Source: a virus. From it: DNA of 64,000 nucleotides. Where the stretch lies: the IMG/VR virus record IMGVR_UViG_3300032401_000690, positions 80,148 to 144,147 of that record, one strand, 5' to 3'. Made by a program: the position numbers and the translations under genes. The first letter of the stretch is position 1. Each line of letters begins with the position of its first letter. Below, piece after piece: positions 50,807 to 60,775 of this stretch. Below the pieces are notes generated by a model. It was not told the origin of the DNA and ran no database searches. It was given only the letters and a program-made list of their open reading frames with translations.

Positions 50807-53593
50807 ATGGCATTTTTAACGGATCAAATACCAGCAACCGGAGTTAATTTAACGGATTTATTTCACGTAGTGGATCCTAATGATTTATCTCAAGGTAATC
50901 CTGCGGGATCTTCATATAAGGCAACATTCCAACAAGTAATTGGGGCATTAACGGGTGGAACATCTGTAATGGTTGTTAGTTCTGGTGTTGGGTCTGTTGA
51001 GAGGTGTGGAAATGATAATGAGGCTAGTAGTTTTTATTCTACTGTAAGTGGAGGTCGTTGTAATACCTCAAGTTGTTATTACTCTACTATTGGTGGAGGT
51101 TATTGTAACATATCAAGTGGTCTTACCTCAACTGTTGGTGGTGGGTCAAATAACGAATCAAGTGGGGGTCATTCTACTGTAAGTGGTGGGGATCATAACA
51201 TATCAAATGGGGGTTGTTCATCGGTAGGTGGAGGTCATTATAACACATCAAGTAATTATAGTTCAACGGTAAGTGGTGGTTATAATAATAAATCAATCAG
51301 TAATTATTCAACGGTAAGTGGTGGTTATAATAATATATCTAGTGGTTGTACGTCAACGGTAAGTGGTGGTTATGGTAATACGTCAAGTTGTAATTACTCT
51401 ACTATTGGTGGAGGTGCGTATAATGTCTCAAGTGGGGATATATCAACCGTAGGTGGGGGTTGTCAAAATACGTCAAGCGGTTTATATGGGTCAACCGTAA
51501 GTGGGGGTTATAATAATAAATCAATTAGTGATTTTTCAACCGTTGGTGGTGGTAGACAAAATACCTCAAGTGGTTGTTACTCAACTATAGGTGGGGGTTA
51601 TTCTAACGCAATATTAACAGGTGGGACAAGTTCAACTATCGGTGGGGGTAATTCTAACACAATATTAACAGGAACAACAAATTCGTTTATAGGTGGTGGT
51701 TATAATAACACATCAAGTTGTAATTATTCAACCGTAAGTGGTGGTCGTCAAAACACATCAAGTGGTTATTACTCAACTGTTGGTGGTGGTTTATGTAATG
51801 AGTCAAGTGGTTCTATTTCAACCGTAAGTGGAGGAAGAAATAACACATCAAGTTGTAGTAATTCAACTATTGGTGGAGGTCGTGAAAATACGTCAAGTGC
51901 CTATAATTCAACAGTAAGTGGTGGATATCGTAATACAATATTAACAGGGGCAACAAGTTCAACTATCGGTGGTGGCAGTCAAAATACAATAACAACAGGA
52001 TCAACATATTCAATCATTGTTGGGGGTTATGGTAACATATCAATCGGAGATTTTTCAACCGTAAGTGGGGGTGGTCAAAATACGTCAAGCGGTTTATATG
52101 GGTCAACCGTAAGTGGGGGTTATAATAATAAATCAATTAGTGATTATTCAACGGTAAGTGGTGGTAGAAATAATACATCAAGTGGTAATGAAGGTTCAAC
52201 TGTAAGCGGGGGTAAAGGCAACACATCGTGTGGTTATTATTCAACTGTAAGTGGTGGGTATAATAATGTATCAAGTGATTGTAATTCAACCGTTGGTGGT
52301 GGTAGACAAAATACCTCAAGTGGTTGTTACTCAACTATAGGTGGTGGTGAATGTAATATGTCATTATGTTGTTATACGACAATTGGTGGTGGTCTTTGTA
52401 ATTTCCTTAATTCAGAATACTCAACAATAGGTGGAGGGTTAAATAATTCAAACGCACCTGTTGCGGGTAGATCGACAATAAGTGGTGGTGAAAAAAATTG
52501 TGTTAAATGTGAGTTTGATGTGATTGGTGGTGGATATAATAATACCACGTTAAATTGTAATAGTATTATTGGTGGTGGATCGTATAATACTACAACGGGA
52601 AGTACCTCAAGTATTTTAGGTGGACAACAAAATACGACAATAGGTATTTTATCAACGATTGGTGGTGGTGCATATAATAAATCTATTGGTGATTATACCT
52701 CAATTGGGGGTGGTAGTTGTAATACAACAACATCAACATTTTCAACAATTTCTGGTGGAGCAAACAACACGGGAGGTTGTGGGTCATCAATTGGTGGTGG
52801 TCTATGTAATAGTTCTAATGGGAATTACACAATGATTGGAGGGGGTTATAGAAATACATCAAGTGGTGTTTATTCGGCAATATTAGGTGGTTCAGGAAAT
52901 ACGGTAACACATAATTGTTCGGGAGCATTTGGTATGGGTGTAACATCAATATCGGCAAACACATTTCACGTAAATAATTTGGCATTACAAAATGTACCAG
53001 CAACTGACGTACAAACAACCACACAATATTTAACAAGAGATTCTGCGACGGGTGTTGTTAAAACTAAAATTATTGCGGGACCGGCAGCGTATGGTCTTCA
53101 TGCTCAAACTGGTAATAGTGTTGCGGTGTCGGCAACGACAGTTTCAACAACAATACTTAATGGTGGTGTTGGAACATTAACAGTTCCGGCAAATGGGTTT
53201 ACCGTTGGTGAAAGTTTTCTTGCAAAACTTGGTGGGGTTATATCATCTAAAGTAAATGATACTATAACAATTAATGTTATTAGTGGTGGGGTTACCTTAA
53301 CAAGTAGTGGTCCTATAACTATGCCTAATATAACAAATAAAGTTTGGTTAATGGAGGTTACGTTTACGATAAGGAAACTTGGTTCGGCAACAGTTGGGTC
53401 AATAGTTAGTCTTGGTAATTTTGTTTGGAGTAACAATGTTAACGTACAACAAGGGTTTGGATTTAATACTGTTAATAGCACAACTTTTGATACTACAATC
53501 TCAAACACATTAGATATAAAAGTACAATGGAGTTCCGCATCAACAGATAACAGTATATACTCAGATGTATTTGTATTAACTAAAACATATTAA
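50807..53593 (+). CDS. Tail fibre / receptor-binding protein with long beta-roll (YadA-head-like) 14-aa repeats
   Basis: More than 40 units of ST(V/I)(S/G)GGxxNxSSxxx, followed by a C-terminal globular beta domain. Confidence 0.75.
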   Translation: MAFLTDQIPATGVNLTDLFHVVDPNDLSQGNPAGSSYKATFQQVIGALTGGTSVMVVSSGVGSVERCGNDNEASSFYSTVSGGRCNTSSCYYSTIGGGYCNISSGLTSTVGGGSNNESSGGHSTVSGGDHNISNGGCSSVGGGHYNTSSNYSSTVSGGYNNKSISNYSTVSGGYNNISSGCTSTVSGGYGNTSSCNYSTIGGGAYNVSSGDISTVGGGCQNTSSGLYGSTVSGGYNNKSISDFSTVGGGRQNTSSGCYSTIGGGYSNAILTGGTSSTIGGGNSNTILTGTTNSFIGGGYNNTSSCNYSTVSGGRQNTSSGYYSTVGGGLCNESSGSISTVSGGRNNTSSCSNSTIGGGRENTSSAYNSTVSGGYRNTILTGATSSTIGGGSQNTITTGSTYSIIVGGYGNISIGDFSTVSGGGQNTSSGLYGSTVSGGYNNKSISDYSTVSGGRNNTSSGNEGSTVSGGKGNTSCGYYSTVSGGYNNVSSDCNSTVGGGRQNTSSGCYSTIGGGECNMSLCCYTTIGGGLCNFLNSEYSTIGGGLNNSNAPVAGRSTISGGEKNCVKCEFDVIGGGYNNTTLNCNSIIGGGSYNTTTGSTSSILGGQQNTTIGILSTIGGGAYNKSIGDYTSIGGGSCNTTTSTFSTISGGANNTGGCGSSIGGGLCNSSNGNYTMIGGGYRNTSSGVYSAILGGSGNTVTHNCSGAFGMGVTSISANTFHVNNLALQNVPATDVQTTTQYLTRDSATGVVKTKIIAGPAAYGLHAQTGNSVAVSATTVSTTILNGGVGTLTVPANGFTVGESFLAKLGGVISSKVNDTITINVISGGVTLTSSGPITMPNITNKVWLMEVTFTIRKLGSATVGSIVSLGNFVWSNNVNVQQGFGFNTVNSTTFDTTISNTLDIKVQWSSASTDNSIYSDVFVLTKTY
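51560..51684 (+). repeat. 125-nt near-exact repeat shared between the two fibre genes (copy 2 at 54500-54624)
   Basis: Direct comparison shows 2 mismatches (51608 G/54548 A; 51630 G/54570 A). Confidence 0.9.
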
Positions 53594-53605
53594 AAATAAA
53601 AAATA

Positions 53606-54826
53606 ATGGCAAATCAAAAACTTACACAAAGAACATTAGCGACAGGAGTCACATTAACTGATTTAATTCATATTGTAATACCAACTGATCCGACAGATGA
53701 TCCAGCAGGTTCATCATATAAAGCAACCGTCGGTCAGATGATGGACACAATCAGTGCATCAACAATTATGGTGTTAGGTGTTGGAACGGGATCAACAGAA
53801 AGATGTAGTAATTTAAATAGTGCTTATGGGAATTACTCAACAGTAAGTGGGGGTATTTATAATACCTCTAATAAGGATTATTCTACTGTGGGTGGTGGTA
53901 GAGTCAACACTAGTAGTTCTTATGGTGGTACAATTTCAGGTGGTTTAGATAATTTAACAGGACCAACAGGTGTTATTGCAACTCTAAGTTCATATACTTC
54001 AGCGGCTGGAATAGGACTTGCAGATGGGACTTACGGACCTTATACTCAAACAACAACGAGTGGTAATGGTGTTGGTGCGGACTTTACGTTTGATGTTAGT
54101 GGTAATACAATAACAGGTGTTACAATCACAAACGGTGGTGTGGACTATAATAATGGTGATACGATTTTTATAACGGGAACAACATTTACTTTGGGAACAT
54201 CATCAAATGATGTTACAATAACTATTGGTAATGTTTTGGTCTCAACATTTAATACTGTTGGTGGGGGGCGTCAAAACACATCAAGTGGTTATAATTCAAC
54301 AGTAAGTGGTGGTTATAGAAACACATCTAGTGGTCGTTATTCAACCGTTGGTGGTGGTTTATATAATGAGTCAAGTAATTATAGTTCAACTGTAGGTGGA
54401 GGATCAAATAACACATCAAGTGGTCCATATTCAATAGTAAGTGGTGGATATGGTAATACATCAAGTAACTATAGTTCAACTGTGGGTGGTGGAAAAATTA
54501 ATACCTCAAGTGGTTGTTACTCAACTATAGGTGGGGGTTATTCTAACACAATATTAACAGGTGGGACAAATTCAACTATCGGTGGGGGTAATTCTAACAC
54601 AATATTAACAGGAACAACAAATTCATATATTGGTGGTGGTACGTCTAATACGGTTTCACACAACTGTTCATTTATTCTTGGTAATGGAATTGCCACAACA
54701 ACAACAGGTACAACATTTGTTAATCAATTGAATATTGTTGATTTACAGGATGGATCTGCAGGGTTATTAGCTGGTTCAGTTTATTATTGTTCAACTGATG
54801 GTAATAGACTTTATTTTGTTCCATAA
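53606..54826 (+). CDS. Second tail fibre, paralog of 50807..53593
   Basis: Shares the N-terminal LT...ATGV.LTDL.H.V...D....PAGSSYKAT domain and the same 14-aa repeats, with a different C terminus. Confidence 0.75.
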   Translation: MANQKLTQRTLATGVTLTDLIHIVIPTDPTDDPAGSSYKATVGQMMDTISASTIMVLGVGTGSTERCSNLNSAYGNYSTVSGGIYNTSNKDYSTVGGGRVNTSSSYGGTISGGLDNLTGPTGVIATLSSYTSAAGIGLADGTYGPYTQTTTSGNGVGADFTFDVSGNTITGVTITNGGVDYNNGDTIFITGTTFTLGTSSNDVTITIGNVLVSTFNTVGGGRQNTSSGYNSTVSGGYRNTSSGRYSTVGGGLYNESSNYSSTVGGGSNNTSSGPYSIVSGGYGNTSSNYSSTVGGGKINTSSGCYSTIGGGYSNTILTGGTNSTIGGGNSNTILTGTTNSYIGGGTSNTVSHNCSFILGNGIATTTTGTTFVNQLNIVDLQDGSAGLLAGSVYYCSTDGNRLYFVP

Positions 54827-54915
54827 TACACTTTTTAATGTCGTTGTTTATCTTTAATTGTAATTAATTATTCAAAAAATAAATAATTGATTATTTATAG
54901 AAAACCATTAAATAA

Positions 54916-56466
54916 ATGCCAAATTGTTATTGTTTAGAATTTAGTTTTGCTAAAGTTAGTGAATATGACTTAACCTACACTAATTGTAGTGGAAATACTG
55001 TCACAGAAACATTTTTAAGTGGAACAACATATAATATATGTAGTCAGGATTTAGATCCGATCACATCTTGTCTTGATATTGTCTTTGAAGTAAAAGGATT
55101 ATGTATTGACGGAGATTGTCCCCAACAATTAATTAAATATCAAAATGAATGTGATGTGATAACGATATTCCCTATGGGAGTTCAGTGTTACGTTACACAA
55201 CCAACTAACTCAATAACATACAATGGATCGGCAACATTACAAATAACAGGTGGAACTCCACCATATCACGTAATGTGGGATAATGGGAATATATCATCAA
55301 CAATATCAAATTTAGGGCCTGGTAGTTATGGATCAACGGTGGTTGATTTTTATGGTGATTTTACGGCAAACACTATTTGTGTTTTAACGGGAGTTACGAT
55401 AAGTCCAACACCAACACCTACACCAACACCAACACCAATACCAACGTTTGGTGATTTATGTTTAGTTGTGAAAGGTAGAAAGACTGAAAAAGTATCTTTT
55501 ATGGAAGTGATTAACTTTAATTATAATGGGTATGTTAATGGAAAACCATCGTGGATCTCTGACGACACATTATATACGATTGAATGGGTTACATTAACTA
55601 ATCAATGGGAAATTATAGGTTGGACAATAGGGTCAATTATAAATATTAACCCAATTTATCCACCTCTAACAGGATGGCAAATATTGGGGACACAATATCC
55701 ATATGTTGTAACAGAATTAACAGTTTCTAATGGTAATTGTGGTAGTTTGGATATATTAAGATATGATTTAACGGTTAATCAACCAACTTGTAAATGTAAT
55801 GGTAGTATAATCTTTAATGTGATTGATGGTGTTCCACCATATCAATATAGTATTGATGGTTTAACATATTTTAATTCGCCAATTTTTAATAATTTATGTG
55901 ATGGATTTTACCCAACTAAAGTTAATGATTCTTCAGGTCAAACATTTACTGAAGTGGTAACATTAAATATTCCGCCACCACCACAAACATATTCAGTTTC
56001 ACTATTGTTAAATGTTGTTGGAAATAGTTTTAGTGTTAATGTTACCCCGCCATTACCTCTTGGTGCATCACTTATCTTTGATTTAGTACATAAATCTGAT
56101 TTTACAGTTGCTCCAACTATAGGCGTGGCAACATACAATAATGTTGTTACGGTTAATGTTAATAGTGTTTCTACACCGTATAGTACAACATCTGTTGTTG
56201 GAACATCAACACTTTTATCAAATAAACTTTGTATTGGGGGAACACAAACCAATACGATAACAACAAATATTTGGAATAATCTAACTATGGTTCAAGGAAC
56301 AACTATTAATGGTACGATAACTAATTCTGTTATACCAATAACCCCATTAGTTGCTTGTTATAGTGTTAAGTCAGGATATAATTTAATCTTAGATAATGTT
56401 AGATTGATTGATTGTCCTTGTTGTAATTTAGTGATAAAATTACCGGCAGGTACGAGTAAAGTTTGA
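54916..56466 (+). CDS. Cys-rich virion protein with SprB-like repeats and PT linker
   Basis: ITGGTPPYHVMWDNG, DGVPPYQYSIDG and SPTPTPTPTPTP. Confidence 0.65.
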   Translation: MPNCYCLEFSFAKVSEYDLTYTNCSGNTVTETFLSGTTYNICSQDLDPITSCLDIVFEVKGLCIDGDCPQQLIKYQNECDVITIFPMGVQCYVTQPTNSITYNGSATLQITGGTPPYHVMWDNGNISSTISNLGPGSYGSTVVDFYGDFTANTICVLTGVTISPTPTPTPTPTPIPTFGDLCLVVKGRKTEKVSFMEVINFNYNGYVNGKPSWISDDTLYTIEWVTLTNQWEIIGWTIGSIININPIYPPLTGWQILGTQYPYVVTELTVSNGNCGSLDILRYDLTVNQPTCKCNGSIIFNVIDGVPPYQYSIDGLTYFNSPIFNNLCDGFYPTKVNDSSGQTFTEVVTLNIPPPPQTYSVSLLLNVVGNSFSVNVTPPLPLGASLIFDLVHKSDFTVAPTIGVATYNNVVTVNVNSVSTPYSTTSVVGTSTLLSNKLCIGGTQTNTITTNIWNNLTMVQGTTINGTITNSVIPITPLVACYSVKSGYNLILDNVRLIDCPCCNLVIKLPAGTSKV

Positions 56467-56508
56467 TAAATAAATAATAAAATTAGATATACAATATTTA
56501 TATAACAA

Positions 56509-58950
56509 ATGGCATATATATTAAAAAATACTTCGGGGTTAATCAACACAAGAGTAACTGATACGGGAAGACAAAAGTTATCCGAAGGTAATTTCAACAT
56601 ATCATATTTCCAAATTGGGGATAGTGAAGTTTCCTATAACGCATTACCGAGTAGTTATAATCAACCATATAGTGTTGTATTGGAACCACCATTTAATACT
56701 CAAAATAGTTCAGGTGTTCCCCAATCTAACAGACAAGCGGTTAAATATCCGTATTATGTTGATGGATCTGCGGGTAATACATATGGTATCCCTTATATGG
56801 ATTCTATAATTGAACCTGTATTTAATAGAGCACCACTTCGTGGGTTTTTTACGGGAAATACTACCGCAACAACTATTAGTTGGAGTGCATTAACTAATGA
56901 TAATTATGTTGTTAGTCCGAACTACCTTGTTGATATGTCTACATTAAGTGGAACGAATGTTGTGAATTTAATATATTCAGGTCCTAACACATTTAATCAA
57001 ACCACACCATCTATTGGCGATTTTATAACGATGTTTTTTGATGGTAAGGGTAATATGAATTCGGCTTGTTATAACTTGCCGACTCCAACACCAACGGCAT
57101 CTATTGGTAGTACGGCAACTCCAACACCAACACCTAGTTCTACTAGTAATATTGATTGTTCAACACCTACACCAACGCCTACACCAACAAAGACACCTTG
57201 TTTAACACCATCGTCAAGTCCTATATGTCCTTTACCTCCACCGGCAGATTGTTATTTGGATGTAAGTAGTTGTTATCCGATTATGACTTATAGAATTGTT
57301 GATGTATGTAATACTTATACAATAACTTTAGATAGGGCAACACCTGATTTTTCAGCATTTTCTGCGGGATGTTATTCAACAACAATAATCTATCCTGCAA
57401 CGATGACACCAATTTACGATAGTATAACACCGGGACCACATTGGAAAACGGATGTTATTAATTTTGAATCGGTATGTGATGTGGATCAATTTGATGTTAA
57501 GATATGGAATATGAATATTCCTTGGACTGAGAATCCTGCGGGGTTAAACTCTAACTTATATATGGATTATACTAAATTTGGTTCGGTAGATTATATTGGA
57601 TCAAAAGAATATTTTGGATATAATTCAAGTTTGGGTCAGTCGGATACAAGTTCTGTTTTTTATATAAACTCATTTAATGAGAAAATTGTGGTTCAACCAA
57701 AGGAACAAAAGGCGGTTGCAATCATTCATTATACAAATCAAACAATTGATTTCTTCTATGGTGAAAAATTTGCACTTGAACCATATGATCCAACAAACCC
57801 TGAAGATACTACAGGTCAAGCAAGAAACTTTAAATTACACATTCCTTGGTTGATGTGGCATAAAAATCCTGAATGTTGTTATGGTGAGACTTTTTGGGTT
57901 GATCCTGCAAATTTTGAGGATAAGGATTTGTTCACCGTTCAGTATATTGAATCACTTAAGAACACTGGAATGAACCAACCTGGTATTAGATATTACCATT
58001 TATGGGATACGCACCCAAATGCTGATGGTAACCCAAGTAGAATTGGTAAGGTATTCCCTGATAGTAAGATTATTATTATTGATGATGAAGAAGTTGTTGC
58101 GGCAATGTCTTATAAGTCAAATAGAAATTGGACTCTACCAGCTCCTCAAATATCGTTAATCACACCAAATACTTGTGGAACACCTACAACGACTGTGGAT
58201 GGTATCTTAACGGGTAATAATGAGACAATGTTTGTTACTTATAGATTAACGAATGAGAGTGGATTCACAAATTCATTACATTGTAATTATTACTCAAAAG
58301 TTGTTGGTAATAATAACGATTGTAATCCTGATACATCTAAAAATGTTGGGATTAGATTTGGTGCCGAATTTAATTGTTTATCACAACCAGGATTTACTGC
58401 GGGAACCGAATGTTCGGTTGCGTGTAATGTACCTACAGGATTTTATGGTAATAAGTTTGAGATATTATGTCAGAAAGTTATTACGGGGACTAGACCTGAT
58501 CCTACGGGGTGGGTATTGATTGATTTTACGGACGCAATTAGTGCAACGACAGTAAATGGTTATTTAACACAATCGGGGATCACAGGGACGACCTTTGTTA
58601 TAACTCCTGAACTTTATAGTAGTGGATCAACATATGTACTTAATGATTATATTGATATGGTGGATCTTGGAACTACAGGTCAGACACTTAATTTTGGTGA
58701 TGAGTTCTATTTTTATGGTGGAATTGAAACCGATATTCAAGCAACAATATATGAAATGAAATATAAAGTTAATCTTGGGGCTGCTGAATTCCAAAATACT
58801 TCTAACCCAACTTGGACTCAAGGAACCAAATCATATATTACTGAAATATCGTTATTAGATAAAAATAAAGACATTCTTGTGGTATCTAAATTACAATCAC
58901 CAGTGTTAAGACAGGGGATACAACAATTCTTGGTGAAGTTGGATTTTTAA
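56509..58950 (+). CDS. Baseplate / tail-fibre attachment protein (tail-collar-like ends) with PT-rich insertion
   Basis: N-terminal RVTDTGRQKLSEGNFNISYFQIGDSE and C-terminal YITEISLLDKNKDILVVSKLQSPV. Confidence 0.6.
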   Translation: MAYILKNTSGLINTRVTDTGRQKLSEGNFNISYFQIGDSEVSYNALPSSYNQPYSVVLEPPFNTQNSSGVPQSNRQAVKYPYYVDGSAGNTYGIPYMDSIIEPVFNRAPLRGFFTGNTTATTISWSALTNDNYVVSPNYLVDMSTLSGTNVVNLIYSGPNTFNQTTPSIGDFITMFFDGKGNMNSACYNLPTPTPTASIGSTATPTPTPSSTSNIDCSTPTPTPTPTKTPCLTPSSSPICPLPPPADCYLDVSSCYPIMTYRIVDVCNTYTITLDRATPDFSAFSAGCYSTTIIYPATMTPIYDSITPGPHWKTDVINFESVCDVDQFDVKIWNMNIPWTENPAGLNSNLYMDYTKFGSVDYIGSKEYFGYNSSLGQSDTSSVFYINSFNEKIVVQPKEQKAVAIIHYTNQTIDFFYGEKFALEPYDPTNPEDTTGQARNFKLHIPWLMWHKNPECCYGETFWVDPANFEDKDLFTVQYIESLKNTGMNQPGIRYYHLWDTHPNADGNPSRIGKVFPDSKIIIIDDEEVVAAMSYKSNRNWTLPAPQISLITPNTCGTPTTTVDGILTGNNETMFVTYRLTNESGFTNSLHCNYYSKVVGNNNDCNPDTSKNVGIRFGAEFNCLSQPGFTAGTECSVACNVPTGFYGNKFEILCQKVITGTRPDPTGWVLIDFTDAISATTVNGYLTQSGITGTTFVITPELYSSGSTYVLNDYIDMVDLGTTGQTLNFGDEFYFYGGIETDIQATIYEMKYKVNLGAAEFQNTSNPTWTQGTKSYITEISLLDKNKDILVVSKLQSPVLRQGIQQFLVKLDF

Positions 58951-59004
58951 AAAAACTTTAATTTTTCTTGATAAACACTATATTGTTATTATATATATTT
59001 TTTT

Positions 59005-59607
59005 ATGGTAAAAAACATTAAAAATTCACCTAAAGTATTAGGTCTTGATGTCTCAACAACAACTATTGGGTGGGCGTTATTTGATATCCAAAAACAAGAA
59101 TTGTTGGAATTAACACATATCTCACCAAGACCAAAAAACGCTGGTGACAGTAAAATCTTGGAACTGATGTTAAAATCGGAAATATTCAAGACAAAATTAA
59201 TGGAGTATAAGAACTTGGGTATTGCAAATGTAATAATTGAAGAACCATTACTTAACTCAAACAACGTATATACCGTTCAAACATTATTAAGATTTAACAC
59301 TTTAATTTGTAAAGTAATATATGATGTGTTGGGAATTGTTCCTGAATTTATATCCACTTATAACTCAAGAAAATTTGCATTCCCAGAATTGGTTCAACCA
59401 AATGATAAAGGTAAGTATGTTTTATTTGGGGGTCTTCCAAAAGATGCTGATAAGAAACATATAATTTGGGATCTTGTTGCAAAAAAAGAACCACAAATAC
59501 AATGGTTATATACCAAAAATAATACGCTCAAGAAAGAAAACTTTGACCAAACAGATGCTTACGCCTGTGTTTTAGGTTATATGCAATCAAAAGAAATTTG
59601 GAAATAA
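59005..59607 (+). CDS. ruvC: RuvC-like Holliday junction resolvase
   Basis: VLGLDVSTTTIGWA, VIIEEP and FDQTDAYAC catalytic acidic motifs. Confidence 0.85.
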   Translation: MVKNIKNSPKVLGLDVSTTTIGWALFDIQKQELLELTHISPRPKNAGDSKILELMLKSEIFKTKLMEYKNLGIANVIIEEPLLNSNNVYTVQTLLRFNTLICKVIYDVLGIVPEFISTYNSRKFAFPELVQPNDKGKYVLFGGLPKDADKKHIIWDLVAKKEPQIQWLYTKNNTLKKENFDQTDAYACVLGYMQSKEIWK

Positions 59608-59668
59608 TAATAATGTAAAGATATTTCTTTACAAAACAATAATAATGTAAAGATGGTTCTTTACAAAA
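59606..59668. repeat. Two tandem 31-nt direct repeats (period 32), each with an 8-bp palindrome
   Basis: AATAATAATGTAAAGAT(AT/GG)TTCTTTACAAAA at 59606 and 59638. Confidence 0.9.
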
Positions 59669-59701
59669 AATATCGGTCAATAATTGTCCGATATTTTTTT
59701 T
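59665..59701. terminator. Bidirectional terminator between convergent genes
   Basis: AAAAAATATCGG-TCAATAATTGT-CCGATATTTTTTT. Confidence 0.75.
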
Positions 59702-60773
59702 ATGGGGTTGTTGATGATGGTGTTGGTGTTGGGGTTGGTGTTATACAAGGACAATCAACAAATACAACATTTATGTTAGTTCCACTAGGAACAGTCCAAG
59801 ATTTAATTGTTATAATAGAATTACCACCTATGTTATTAGTTTGTGGAACGCCATTACTACAATTAGTTGTGGTAAATGTGTTGGCAGAAAATAGTAAATT
59901 GGTAACAATATATTCACAACATACTGAAGGTGTTGATGAAGGTGTTACCGTCGGTGTCATTGTTGGTGTCATTGTTGGTGTTTGTGATGGTATTGGTAAA
60001 CAAGGACTACAATCAGGACCATACTCAATATTTAACGATACAACGTCAGATCCACTAATGTTATCAACAACCCCAATGTAAGTAACGCAAATATCGTTCC
60101 CATTAATTGTTGCACCATATACATACTCAACAACAGGAGTTCCTCCAGTTGGGTTTAGAACAACATCGGTTGTAGAATAGATAAATCCTGAACTACAATC
60201 TCTAAATTGTTTACTGTTTGCACATCTGATATAATCATCAACGGTATTAAATATTACTAACCCATTATAATTACAAGGTCTTAAAATACTTGCAGATTGG
60301 GTTGGTGTGACTGTAGGTGTTGGTGTAGGTGTTGGTGTATATGTAACACCACTAACTACGAGTGAAACTCCACCACAAGGATTAGTTGAGGATGGTGTCA
60401 TTGTTGGTGTCATTGTTGGGGTAACGGTTGGTGTTACTGTGGGGGTAACGGTAACCTCACAATCAAAAAGACCGTCAAAATCTATATTACAAGCGGCGGT
60501 TGGTGTTGGTGTTGGTGATGGACAAGGTCCTGGTCCAAAAAGTTCATCACATAAGTCAGGACATAAACTTGAGCAAGGTGATTTACCAAATAATAAACAA
60601 GTTGGATCTCCTAATGTGGATGCTAAACACCATTGTGTTTGTCCCGTGGAGTAATAAATAGTGTAGGTATCACCTGTGTAATAATCATACCCATCATAAG
60701 TTCCTGCGGAAAAATATCCACCATCATAATTTGTTCCGGTACCACTAATACAATATTCTAATAAACAAGGCAT
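59700..60773 (-). CDS. Cys-rich virion-type protein with multiple Pro-Thr linkers
   Basis: Likely start MPCLLEYC at 60773, just after the upstream stop. Several PTPT/PTVT/PTMT tracts separate small Cys-containing domains. Confidence 0.7.
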   Translation of the reverse strand: MPCLLEYCISGTGTNYDGGYFSAGTYDGYDYYTGDTYTIYYSTGQTQWCLASTLGDPTCLLFGKSPCSSLCPDLCDELFGPGPCPSPTPTPTAACNIDFDGLFDCEVTVTPTVTPTVTPTMTPTMTPSSTNPCGGVSLVVSGVTYTPTPTPTPTVTPTQSASILRPCNYNGLVIFNTVDDYIRCANSKQFRDCSSGFIYSTTDVVLNPTGGTPVVEYVYGATINGNDICVTYIGVVDNISGSDVVSLNIEYGPDCSPCLPIPSQTPTMTPTMTPTVTPSSTPSVCCEYIVTNLLFSANTFTTTNCSNGVPQTNNIGGNSIITIKSWTVPSGTNINVVFVDCPCITPTPTPTPSSTTP

Positions 60774-60775
60774 AA

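Noticed and set aside
51560-54624. Possible diversity-generating retroelement TR/VR pair (both mismatches fall at A in the second copy)
   Set aside because: Only two mismatches in the core, and flanking differences include non-A positions. Both copies are mid-gene coding repeats and no reverse transcriptase is in the window. Recombination explains it more simply.
59005-59607. RuvC-fold protein as a TnpB/Cas12-like effector for the array
   Set aside because: It is only 200 aa with a contiguous resolvase-type RuvC, has no REC/WED or zinc-finger regions, and lies more than 4 kb from the array.
59614-59665. TyrR box (TGTAAA-N6-TTTACA)
   Set aside because: The spacing here is N8, and the site lies between convergent gene ends rather than at a promoter.
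59653-60654. Plus-strand ORFs 59653..60081 and 60307..60654 with GVGVG/GVTV repeats
   Set aside because: They are antisense shadows of the Pro-Thr repeats in the minus-strand gene 59700..60773.
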